15,425 bases of DNA from Methanomicrobiales archaeon (GCA_037137755.1 JBAXJR010000050.1:1-15425), one strand, 5' to 3'; positions 1 to 8,470 are shown, numbered from the stretch's first letter. Numbers and translations: made by a program. The notes: generated from the letters alone by a model not told the origin.

Positions 1-253
1 GTTCAGAAAGCTGCCCTGTCAACTCTGCGTATTTTGCATTCCAGCGTTCGACCGTGCGTGTCCCGCCATGGACAATGTAATCATTTTCAAGATAGTAGAG
101 TTCAAATGAGGATTTTTCAATATTGGCAATGATCTGCTGCTTTTTTTGAATTTCCTGAAGCTGGTTGACACTCGAAAAATATGAGGACGTTATCACAACT
201 GCCAGTATGACAAAGACGATGATGCTGATACTTACCTGAGTTTTAATTTTCAT
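1..253 (-). CDS. N-terminal part of a membrane-anchored sensor protein, probably a histidine kinase (runs off the window edge)
   Basis: Not in the ORF track. Manual translation from the ATG at 253 gives MKIKTQVSISIIVFVILAVVITSSYFSSVNQLQEIQKKQQIIANIEKSSFELYYLENDYIVHGG..., open to position 1. It has a basic N-terminus, one TM helix and a helical extracytoplasmic segment. A GAGAGGA RBS precedes it and it starts 23 bp after the binding-protein stop. The kinase call is an inference from context. Confidence 0.7.
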   Translation of the reverse strand, partial: MKIKTQVSISIIVFVILAVVITSSYFSSVNQLQEIQKKQQIIANIEKSSFELYYLENDYIVHGGTRTVERWNAKYAELTGQLSE

Positions 254-276
254 ATTCCTCTCAACCACTCCATAAC

Positions 277-1281
277 TTACCGGATGATGGTCACCGATGC
301 GGGTTTCAGTCTGGACAGGATATCAGGAGATATATATTCCGTAAAATCAGGTACAGCAGTCTCATCAGTCATATTGTTTGAGATCCGCCACCGGGTCTCG
401 TCTTCCATTGTTGTGATAAGCGACTGGGAGAGACCAATGGAAAAATGATGATTCGGCCAGTCCTGTTCCATGTACTGATCATCAAAATTTATCTGCTTCC
501 GTGCTATTATTTTAGCTTCTTCCGGGTGAGATTCGACATACGTCTCTGCCTCGAGAACCGATGCCAGCACGGCCTCTGCGATCTCAGGGTGCTCCTTTAA
601 GGTGATATCAGTGCAGACAAGAGAATAGTATGAATGCTGCCCAAGATTGACCGGCCATACCACCGCATTTTCTCCCATCTGCCGCCGCATCTGGTATATA
701 TACGGTTCAAAGGAAAATGCCGCATCTATATCTCCTTTGACAATTGCATCTACGAGTTCTGCAGGTGGCAAATAGATTACAGTAGTATTGCTCATCGACA
801 GGCTATTCAATATAAAAAACCGGCCCATAAAATATTCTACTATGGAACCCTTCGACACGCCGATCTTTTTGCCTTCAAGATCAGATATCTGAATAATTCC
901 CCTATCCTTGCGCCCGACCACAAAACTGGTATCAGATTGTGAAAGCATACCGATCACCCGTAACTTTTTGTTGAACAATGCCGGTTCAGAAAGGGAATAC
1001 TCATTAATATACCCAATATCAAATTTGCGATCCAGGAGGTTCTGCATGGCTACTACGGCTGACGGAGATTCTATGAATGTTACATTTAAGCCGTGTTGTG
1101 TAAAATATCCCTGATCCCGGGCGACCAGCAACAGGGTGGGTTGCACTCCTTTACCCGGATCAATGGTGATATCTGTTAAAGGTACGGGTGTAGGTTTCTG
1201 CGCAGACTGCAGGTACCAGGCTCCTCCGCCGATGAGTATAATTCCGATAACAATGATTCCGATAATTAAGTTTTTGTTCAT
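277..1281 (-). CDS. ABC-type substrate-binding protein, NMT1/THI5/SsuA/TauA-like family, N-terminally membrane anchored
   Basis: Motifs include VARDQGYFTQHGLNV, ISDLEGKKIGVSKGS, AIVKGDIDAAFSFEPY and EHPE...YVESHPEEA. The start is placed at MNKNLIIGIIVIGIILIGGGAW (1281) rather than the track's 1350 because the anchor helix begins there. Confidence 0.88.
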   Translation of the reverse strand: MNKNLIIGIIVIGIILIGGGAWYLQSAQKPTPVPLTDITIDPGKGVQPTLLLVARDQGYFTQHGLNVTFIESPSAVVAMQNLLDRKFDIGYINEYSLSEPALFNKKLRVIGMLSQSDTSFVVGRKDRGIIQISDLEGKKIGVSKGSIVEYFMGRFFILNSLSMSNTTVIYLPPAELVDAIVKGDIDAAFSFEPYIYQMRRQMGENAVVWPVNLGQHSYYSLVCTDITLKEHPEIAEAVLASVLEAETYVESHPEEAKIIARKQINFDDQYMEQDWPNHHFSIGLSQSLITTMEDETRWRISNNMTDETAVPDFTEYISPDILSRLKPASVTIIR

Positions 1282-1422
1282 AATCCGGCTCCGTAAACCA
1301 TCCTCTGAAATATTCCTGAGTAATGATTTCCGATCACAGTCTGAATGCATGCCGTGAAACCCGATGCTCCGCTCTTTGTTATCGGCATAGTATTCGTTCT
1401 CCTGCCTGCATCCTTTGCCATG

Positions 1423-3162
1423 TTACACCCGGTCCTCACTATCCATCCGCCACATCCCTTTCGGCACTTTCATCTCAAACCGTGCACACTTACCCGGCTC
1501 ACCGGTCTCTTTGATGGTGATGCCGGTGATTTCGAGTATCTCCCGTACAAAAATAAGACTTCCCCTCGATGCACGGGTACCCTCACCACGTAAAAAGATC
1601 TTCTCCTTCTTCTCCGGTGGTATCCCGACACCGTCGTCTTCGAAGAAGATTGTGGCCCCTTCAGGGGTAACCGTGTGCCAGACCCGGATCGATGTGGCAT
1701 GGCCACCATGTTTCACCGAATTCTCGAAGAGACGCTGCCAGACTTTTTCCAGCAATGGATCGGCAAAGATTTCGAGGTCTCCTGTTTCAAGGCTGTGTTG
1801 GATACTCCCTATAGTAATATGAGAGAGCCCGAGCAACATCGTTGTCTTTACATTCTGCCAGGCTGGGGGTTTTACCCCCATATCCTGGTAATCCGTTGTG
1901 TACTCGATAATTTTTTGTGTTTCCTGGATAGCACCAACCATTCCCTCAAACGTTTTATCGATCGAACCAGGTCCGTTTAACTGGTGTTTTGCCAGTTCAA
2001 GGTAACCTTTCAGGACAAAGATCTGGTTGTTTAAGTCTTTTCGTGTCAGCCGGGAGAGGATGTTGAGCTTCTGGTTCGTGGTTGCGAGTGCCGTTGAGAA
2101 TTTCCGGAGTTCCTGCTCACTATTCCTGAGCCCTGCATTCGCAGTCAGGATTGCCTGCTCAAGGAGTGTAATCTCATCGTTCCCGGTAAGTTCCGGTTTC
2201 ATATCGTCATGTTGCCCCTGGCCTATCTTCACAACGCGGTCTTTCAGGCGATTCAGTCGTTTTAGTACGATCTGGTCTATGATAAGAAGGACAATCACCA
2301 GCGTGACTAACAGTATAAAAACGAAGAGTACCAGGTACGTCTGAATCATCTTCAGCCCGTTCTGGTAGAGATCCCGCGGTTGGTCGGTTTCAATCAGAAT
2401 TTTCTGTCCGTTAAGATCGCTGATTACCTTGTATCCCGATATGATACCGTCTGAATGAGGGATACTGACCGGTACCGAATCCGGGTTCATTTGTTCCAGG
2501 AGTGAACGTTGCAGGTTACCTGCACTCGTATCTCCATTCCAGTGAGCGGATGTGGGGTTTCCTGTGGCACGGGAGATACGGTCAAATTCACGCGTATCAA
2601 GAGCCCTTCCCATAACAAGGACCCCGTTTGAAGGACCTTCCCTTGTGTTGTTAAGCACCGGCGATGATGCAATCAGTATGGGCCCCGTAGGCAGAAGGAG
2701 GATGCCGGTATTCGTACCTGGCAGGGAGGTATGGGTAAGGAAGTGATGATCTGGGGGGAGGAACTGGCTGAAATTTTCGGGTAACGGGCTTTCACGACCG
2801 GTGACCGGATCCACGATGTTACCATAGAGGATGTTTCCCTTGGTATCGGTTACCATAAACAGGTTAGTGTGGATCGCCGTCAGTGACTTTTCATCCAGGT
2901 TTTGTGTGATATAATCCTGGTTCTGATCAAGAGCGAACTGGTACGTTTCATCCCAGTAAGACCAGTCGTGAAGCGTATTACTGAGATCATCCTGCTCGTT
3001 TGATATGGCGCCGATTACTTCGGTCATATCTTTCGAGACCTGCTGGTGTTCAAGGCGCCCCAGTTGATCAATATACAGGAACATCGAGACTCCTGCGATT
3101 ACACAGAAGAGTACAATAAAGGTGATACCGAGTACCAGCAGCGTTTTCTTACGGATGTCCAT
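1423..3162 (-). CDS. CHASE4-HAMP-HisKA-HATPase membrane sensor with a degenerate kinase core (His-to-Lys pseudokinase)
   Basis: Two TM helices flank a CHASE4 domain (LHDWSYWDETYQF...GVLVMGR). A HAMP linker (VLKRLNRL...GNDEITLL) and the G1 box EDDGVGI follow. The H box reads TRKDLNNQI instead of TRHDINNQL. Confidence 0.88.
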   Translation of the reverse strand: MDIRKKTLLVLGITFIVLFCVIAGVSMFLYIDQLGRLEHQQVSKDMTEVIGAISNEQDDLSNTLHDWSYWDETYQFALDQNQDYITQNLDEKSLTAIHTNLFMVTDTKGNILYGNIVDPVTGRESPLPENFSQFLPPDHHFLTHTSLPGTNTGILLLPTGPILIASSPVLNNTREGPSNGVLVMGRALDTREFDRISRATGNPTSAHWNGDTSAGNLQRSLLEQMNPDSVPVSIPHSDGIISGYKVISDLNGQKILIETDQPRDLYQNGLKMIQTYLVLFVFILLVTLVIVLLIIDQIVLKRLNRLKDRVVKIGQGQHDDMKPELTGNDEITLLEQAILTANAGLRNSEQELRKFSTALATTNQKLNILSRLTRKDLNNQIFVLKGYLELAKHQLNGPGSIDKTFEGMVGAIQETQKIIEYTTDYQDMGVKPPAWQNVKTTMLLGLSHITIGSIQHSLETGDLEIFADPLLEKVWQRLFENSVKHGGHATSIRVWHTVTPEGATIFFEDDGVGIPPEKKEKIFLRGEGTRASRGSLIFVREILEITGITIKETGEPGKCARFEMKVPKGMWRMDSEDRV

Positions 3163-3229
3163 GATGCCCCGTTATTTCATCCGCTTTTGTTTTCATCATG
3201 GAAAGTCCCCGATCCTAAGAACACCTGTT

Positions 3230-3290
3230 TCAACATCGATGTTGAGAGCTAGGATACCAACTGGTATGAAAGGTCACCTTGTAATTACAA
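3230..3290. promoter_or_regulatory. Cluster of palindromes upstream of the CHASE4 gene (candidate operators)
   Basis: TCAACATCGATGTTGA (3230-3245, perfect 16 bp), ATACCA-ac-TGGTAT (3254-3267), AAGGT-c-ACCTT (3270-3280) and TTGTAATTACAA (3279-3290, perfect 12 bp). A regulatory role is inferred from position only. Confidence 0.4.
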
Positions 3291-3480
3291 ATGAGTTTGC
3301 ATCTGCCTTGCTTAGTGTGGGTCCTGGCTTTCAATATTCCCAATAAACATCGGCCCTTTCCTCTTCCTACCATCCAGCACCGCCAAAACTGATCGCAATG
3401 GAACTGTGTAATAAACCGACCCAATTAAAATATTCAAAGCCCTTTCCGATGTCGATAACCTGGCGGACCGAATGGGACGT

Positions 3481-3532
3481 AACGAGAGTGAGCAGGGAAA
3501 TAGAAAAGGATCTATGGAAATGTAGCCCAGGA
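3481..3532. repeat. Dispersed repeat A, copy 1
   Basis: Shares the identical 16-bp core TATGGAAATGTAGCCC (3513-3528) and similar flanks with 8411-8468. Confidence 0.8.
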
Positions 3533-3537
3533 TCGGA

Positions 3538-3603
3538 TTACCGGTACATCCCTTTCGGCACCGTGATCTCGAACCGGGCTCCCTTTCCCGGCTCACCGGT
3601 TTC
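3538..3603 (-). pseudogene. Orphan 3' tail of a histidine kinase gene (ETGEPGKGARFEITVPKGMYR*)
   Basis: 58/66 nt identical to the 3' end of the hybrid kinase (4245-4310). There is no start codon, and an in-frame TGA lies a few codons upstream. Confidence 0.88.
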
Positions 3604-3667
3604 AACATCACAATTGTTAAATATTCAGCTGATAAAAAACATATTTTGGTAAAGACCGTTAGAAGGG

Positions 3668-4222
3668 ATGATAATGTCTAATAAGGAGATTTTGACATTT
3701 TTTTTCTGCACACTTACCATATTTTCTGTGTGCATGATTGCGGGATGTACCTCCAGTCAGGTAAAGACGGTTCCTGCGACCCCAACGATCATTATGCCAG
3801 AAAGCCCGCAGCCCATTGTTACAGCTGGCATCACTCAATTAAAAAATTCATCTTCTAATCTTAATCTCAACCAGGAAGCCGAATTGCATGCAGGAAATTT
3901 ATCGCTTGTCTTTTTAGTTACGGATAAAAGCCGTGATTCGGTTAAGCAAACGGTAAGCTTTGAGCTGACTGTAAAAAATGTAGGGAATGAGACGGTTGCC
4001 GAACTCCAGAAAAAACTGTCAGATTTATACGCTGTTGACCGATCTGGAAAGCAGTACAGTGTACCCACCCATGTTGCTTTGATGGGACTTAAACCCGGGG
4101 AAATACGGAAAGGTACTGTTGAGATTGCGGATGTCCCGGACCTGGCACTTCCGGGCCTTGTTTTCCACTACCATTTTGGTAACGAGGAAGCATCCTGGGT
4201 GCTGGTTCCGGAAATGACTTAA
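3668..4222 (+). CDS. Putative lipoprotein with a C-terminal beta-sandwich (Ig-like / DUF4352-like) domain
   Basis: Signal peptide with an archaeal-type lipobox (CMIAGCTS), then a Pro/Thr-rich linker and beta-rich motifs (VSFELTVKNVGNE, LYAVDRSGKQY, LKPGEIRKGTV). The start could be 3674. Confidence 0.75.
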   Translation: MIMSNKEILTFFFCTLTIFSVCMIAGCTSSQVKTVPATPTIIMPESPQPIVTAGITQLKNSSSNLNLNQEAELHAGNLSLVFLVTDKSRDSVKQTVSFELTVKNVGNETVAELQKKLSDLYAVDRSGKQYSVPTHVALMGLKPGEIRKGTVEIADVPDLALPGLVFHYHFGNEEASWVLVPEMT

Positions 4223-4244
4223 AAATTTCAGCCCCGGAAAAAGA

Positions 4245-7200
4245 TTACCTATACATCCCTTTCGGCACCGTCATCTCGAACCGTGCACCCTTACCCGGCT
4301 CCCCGGTCTCTTTGATAGTAATGCCGGTAATGGAGAGGATCTCCCGGGAGAGGAATAATCCAAGCCCGGTGTTCTTTCCGAATCCACGCTCGAAGATCTT
4401 TTCTTTATCTTCGGCGGGGATACCATTGCCGTCGTCCTCACAGACTATAACACAATCACTATCTCGTTTCTCAACCGTGAACCGGATTGTCGTGATCCTC
4501 CCGCCATACCGTACAGCGTTGTCCATCAGGTTGAAAAATACTTTGACAATCAACTGGTCTGCAAACATTGCCATATCAGCCGGAATATCATTCACCAGTT
4601 TGATATCGCCTAATACAACTTCTTTACCTGCAGTGTTTACAAGTTCATGGGTATTCTGCCAGATGGGAGCGTTGACTCCAATACCTTCGTAGGTTTTCGT
4701 AAATTGGATCATTGCCTGAATCCGTTCGGACGCGCTGGTAATTTTGTTGAAATAGTCACTGAATGAAGAATCAGGTTGTTTCATTTCCAGTAGTTCGAGA
4801 TAGCCCATTAAAACGGTCAGCTGGTTGTTGATATCATGCCGGGTGATACTGGAGAGAAGGGTCAGTTTTTTATTCGCTATGCCAAGGGCCACCGAAAATC
4901 GACTAAGTTCCTCCTCGTGGAACTTTGTTTCGTATTCGATCATCTTATGTTCGGTTATGTCATCAAAAATTGCTACAAAGTATTCCTTTGCAGGAGAATA
5001 AACAGAAATATGCAACCATTTATTGGAAGGTGTGAAATCGAGATCAAATGATTCCGGCTCACCGGTAGAGGCAACTCTCCCATAGATTTCAAAAAGTTGC
5101 GGCATTTCTTCCCTGATCCCCGGGAAAACATCAGTAACTGGCTTTCCGATCACAGTAGTGGTCCCGATAATCCGGTCAAAGGAGGAATTAACATTGAGAT
5201 AGATGAAATCTTTGGGGAGACCGTGCTCATCATACAGCATTCGGCAATAGGCAAAACCTTCCAGCATATTTTCAAAGAGACTGCGGTACCTCTGTTCACT
5301 ATTGCGCAGTTCCTCTTCGATCCACCTGCGCTCGGTGATATCCCGTGCTGCAGCAAAGATCAGGTTATTTTTGGGGCTGGGGAATGAACGCCATTCAATC
5401 CATCGGTAACTTCCGTCCTTGCACCGGTAACGGTTCGTAAAGTTAAGCACTATCTTCTTTTTATCAAGGTCTGCAATCGCATCAAGTGTCGCGGCAATGT
5501 CATCGGGGTGAACAAAGTCGAGGAACCGGGCTCCCTCCAGGTCGGCAAGCGAATAGCCGAGTGATACTTCCCATTCTGGGTTCAGACGCCGGAAATAACC
5601 ATCAGTATCAGCAATACAGAACAGGTCAAGGCTCGTCGAGAAATACTGGTCCAGCTCCTCGGTCTTTTCCTGCAATGCTTCTTCCGCCCGTTTGCGCCCG
5701 GTAATGTCCCGCATCTTGACGATTGTATGCTGTTTTCCCTGCCAGAGTACGGAACCGGAAGTGGTCTCGCCATAGAACAAGCTGCCATCCTTCCTGATAC
5801 CGGTAACATCGATCGATCCTATGAACCCTGACTCTTTCCATTTGGAGATGGCATCCAGGGAGTCAGAAGTGAGCATAAATTCAAACCCATTGCAGCCGAC
5901 GATCTCTTCTGGTGAGTAACCGAACATTTCAGCAAATCGTGGGTTGGAGTCTACGATGAGACCATTGTCGTGAATCATGATACCTTCAAAAGCAGCATCG
6001 GAAAGCATCCGGAATCTCGCCTCACTCTCCCGGAGCCGTTCCTCTGCCATTTTTCTTTCGGTTATGTCCACGGACAGGATCTGGACACCGGTCTTTGTTC
6101 CTTTATCATCTTTGACATTGGAGAATGTTGAGAGGAACCATCTCCGGCCTGCAGGCATGGGAACTTCATCTTCGTAATGAGTATCCGTTTCCGAATACTG
6201 CATTTTCCTAATCCGTTTGAGAAAATACTCATTATCTGGACCGGAAGGGAAAAGATCCCGGATATTTTTCCCGATAATCTTCCTACAGTCATCGAGTCCC
6301 ATATTCAGACAACCCTGGCGGTTCATATGGAGGAGAACACCGTCATAACTCCAGTACCCGATCCCGATCCCTGCAGAATCAAGAAGGGTGCGGTATTGTT
6401 CTTCTCTCGCAACGAGTGCCTCTTCAACCTGTTTACGTTCGGTAATATCACGTCCGATTACTACGAGCCCTTTACGACTTCCGTCTTCGTTAAAAATCGG
6501 GACTTTAATGACATCAAAAACCATTGCAGTTCCATCCGGGCGTGGGATGGTCTCCTCACAACGGGTTATTGCTTTATTATTCCACGTTTCTTCATCGCTT
6601 GATTCACAGGTAAGAAACGCATCCCGGTAAAAAGAACAATACTCAGCAAGATCGGAATCTTTCTTGCCCTGGTACGGGACACCATCAAGTTGGAAGAGAT
6701 TCAGGTCAAAATCGTTCGCTTCAAGCCATCTCCCTTGCCCATCTTTGAAACAGACGATATCGGGCATTGAGTTGATTAAAGTCCGAAGTTGCTCACTTTG
6801 TTTAAGTAACGCCTCTTCTGCTGACCTTTTTTGCATTTCCTGATCGATCGTCCTGGTAGCAAATGAAATCTCATGTGATATTTCCTCCAAGAGACCGACC
6901 ACGCCATCATCGAAAAATCCTGTTACCGGGGCATAAAGGGTTAAAACTCCCGCGTTATGAGTACCAAGAGCAAATGGAAAAGCGGCGTTTGCACGATAAC
7001 CATGTTTCAGTGCAGTTTCTCTCCATGGTTCCATGCGAGGATCTTGTGAAAAATCGTTTGAGAAATAGTATTTCCCTTCCCGGAATGCTGTGCCGGTCGG
7101 TCCGCGACCCTGAGGGACATCCTCAATTGAGATATTGATGGTATCAAGATATCCATCAACATGTCCGGCAGAGGCAACCGGTCTGATGATCTTACATTCC

Positions 7201-7751
7201 AAGTCTGCAAGACCTATCCAGACCATCCGGAAACCCCCGATTTCTACAAGTATCCGGCAGATTTCATTGAAAAATACTTCTTTATCCCGGATGTGGACGA
7301 TCGCCTTGTTGGTTGCTGAAAGCACAGAGTACAGACGGTTTTGGATGATAAGCCGTTCTTCCGCTTCCCTGTTATAAACAGATCTCCTGATCTTATGTGT
7401 CAGCTCGGCAAATTGGGATTCCGGGTCTCCGCCTTTCTGGAGATAAAAATCTGCACCCTCATTGAGTGCCTTAATAACTATTTCTTCACGGCCTTTCCCT
7501 GTGAAGAGGACGAACGGGATGTGCCCGAGTATTGTTCGGACCTTAATAAGGAATTGGATGCCATCCATCTCGGCCATCTGGTAATCTGATACAATAGCAT
7601 CGAATTTCTCCTGCTGGAGGAGATCTAACGCTGCGGGGGCTGAATCGATGGTTGTTACAGAAAAATCTCCGAATTTCTCTAAAAACAGCTTGCCGATATC
7701 AAGGAGTTCGGGTTCGTCATCAACGTACAGGATCCGGAGTCTATCTGGCAT
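4245..7751 (-). CDS. Soluble hybrid sensor histidine kinase, REC-GAF-PASx5-HisKA-HATPase
   Basis: N-terminal receiver (ILYVDDE, IVSDYQM, FTGKG, QK) and GAF domain (GRGPTGTAFREG). Five PAS/PAC units end in DITERK, DITERK, DITGRK, DITERR and DITEHK. The H box is TRHDINNQL, the N box NLMDNAVRYG, G1 EDDGNGI and G2 GKNTGLGL. Confidence 0.95.
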   Translation of the reverse strand: MPDRLRILYVDDEPELLDIGKLFLEKFGDFSVTTIDSAPAALDLLQQEKFDAIVSDYQMAEMDGIQFLIKVRTILGHIPFVLFTGKGREEIVIKALNEGADFYLQKGGDPESQFAELTHKIRRSVYNREAEERLIIQNRLYSVLSATNKAIVHIRDKEVFFNEICRILVEIGGFRMVWIGLADLECKIIRPVASAGHVDGYLDTINISIEDVPQGRGPTGTAFREGKYYFSNDFSQDPRMEPWRETALKHGYRANAAFPFALGTHNAGVLTLYAPVTGFFDDGVVGLLEEISHEISFATRTIDQEMQKRSAEEALLKQSEQLRTLINSMPDIVCFKDGQGRWLEANDFDLNLFQLDGVPYQGKKDSDLAEYCSFYRDAFLTCESSDEETWNNKAITRCEETIPRPDGTAMVFDVIKVPIFNEDGSRKGLVVIGRDITERKQVEEALVAREEQYRTLLDSAGIGIGYWSYDGVLLHMNRQGCLNMGLDDCRKIIGKNIRDLFPSGPDNEYFLKRIRKMQYSETDTHYEDEVPMPAGRRWFLSTFSNVKDDKGTKTGVQILSVDITERKMAEERLRESEARFRMLSDAAFEGIMIHDNGLIVDSNPRFAEMFGYSPEEIVGCNGFEFMLTSDSLDAISKWKESGFIGSIDVTGIRKDGSLFYGETTSGSVLWQGKQHTIVKMRDITGRKRAEEALQEKTEELDQYFSTSLDLFCIADTDGYFRRLNPEWEVSLGYSLADLEGARFLDFVHPDDIAATLDAIADLDKKKIVLNFTNRYRCKDGSYRWIEWRSFPSPKNNLIFAAARDITERRWIEEELRNSEQRYRSLFENMLEGFAYCRMLYDEHGLPKDFIYLNVNSSFDRIIGTTTVIGKPVTDVFPGIREEMPQLFEIYGRVASTGEPESFDLDFTPSNKWLHISVYSPAKEYFVAIFDDITEHKMIEYETKFHEEELSRFSVALGIANKKLTLLSSITRHDINNQLTVLMGYLELLEMKQPDSSFSDYFNKITSASERIQAMIQFTKTYEGIGVNAPIWQNTHELVNTAGKEVVLGDIKLVNDIPADMAMFADQLIVKVFFNLMDNAVRYGGRITTIRFTVEKRDSDCVIVCEDDGNGIPAEDKEKIFERGFGKNTGLGLFLSREILSITGITIKETGEPGKGARFEMTVPKGMYR

Positions 7752-8019
7752 TATATTTTATTTATTCTCTTTGCAATACATATGGATTTGTTATTGCCTT
7801 GCACCAGCCAGTCCAGGTTTTCCCTCGTCCTTCCCAACAAACATTGCCTGGAGGTGCCGTATAATACAAAGGCAAAATAGCGAGGTTCAATGCCCCGCAT
7901 CAATGTCGTTCAAATTCAACTTATCCCGATCATACAGATTTCCCGCCTATTCTTAAAACCCAGCTAAAACAACCAATATAAGGCCGAATTACCAGAAAGC
8001 CCTCTCAAATGGGGTAGTA

Positions 8020-8268
8020 TTACCCGCTCCCAACCGACTTCCACCACCCTTGTCCGTTTAAATCGCCCGCATTGGCCTCCTTTCTCGTCCAATACCGGAT
8101 CCTGCTATTTACAGCGATTTTATCCAGATTCCGCCAATAATAGGCCCTCCTTTGCTCCTTATCCTTTTCCGGATTCTGTAAACGCCACTGTTTCCACCTC
8201 GGAATGGCCCTTTTCCGGTGTTTTGCGATCAATATAGCGGTCCGGAGCGAAACGGTAACTGAGCTCAT
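8020..8268 (-). CDS. Small basic (Arg/Lys/Trp-rich) hypothetical protein of 82 aa, virus/mobile-element-like
   Basis: A GAGGTG SD (8274-8279) sits 5 nt before the ATG at 8268. The sequence contains WKQWRLQNPEKDKEQRRAYYWRNLDKI. Confidence 0.55.
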   Translation of the reverse strand: MSSVTVSLRTAILIAKHRKRAIPRWKQWRLQNPEKDKEQRRAYYWRNLDKIAVNSRIRYWTRKEANAGDLNGQGWWKSVGSG

Positions 8269-8410
8269 GAGCCCACCTCGATATACCCGGTCCCTTTCCG
8301 GGTCGGGGATGCTGCAGCCTGGCAACAGTTCTCGCAGATCTGAAAAGCAATCGTATCCGTCTTGCCTTCTCTTCCCCGGTCAACTTCCCGATTGTGTCCA
8401 CCTCGTATTC

Positions 8411-8470
8411 AACGAAGAGGGTGAGTAGAGAATTTAAAAAAAAAGATTTATGGAAATGTAGCCCCGGAAA
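8411..8470. repeat. Dispersed repeat A, copy 2
   Basis: Core TATGGAAATGTAGCCC at 8449-8464. AGCCCCGGAAA (8460-8470) also recurs at 4230-4240. On the minus strand the core is followed by a long T run. Confidence 0.8.

Noticed and set aside
3398-3652. Plus-strand ORFs 3398-3652 and 8394-8606 sharing RVSRE..KDLWKCSPG
   Set aside because: The shared peptide is just the translation of DNA repeat A, and the rest of 3398-3652 is antisense to the kinase remnant.
4940-6460. Recurrent DITER(K/R)-encoding sequences in the hybrid kinase
   Set aside because: These are ordinary PAS/PAC domain ends, not a DNA repeat element.
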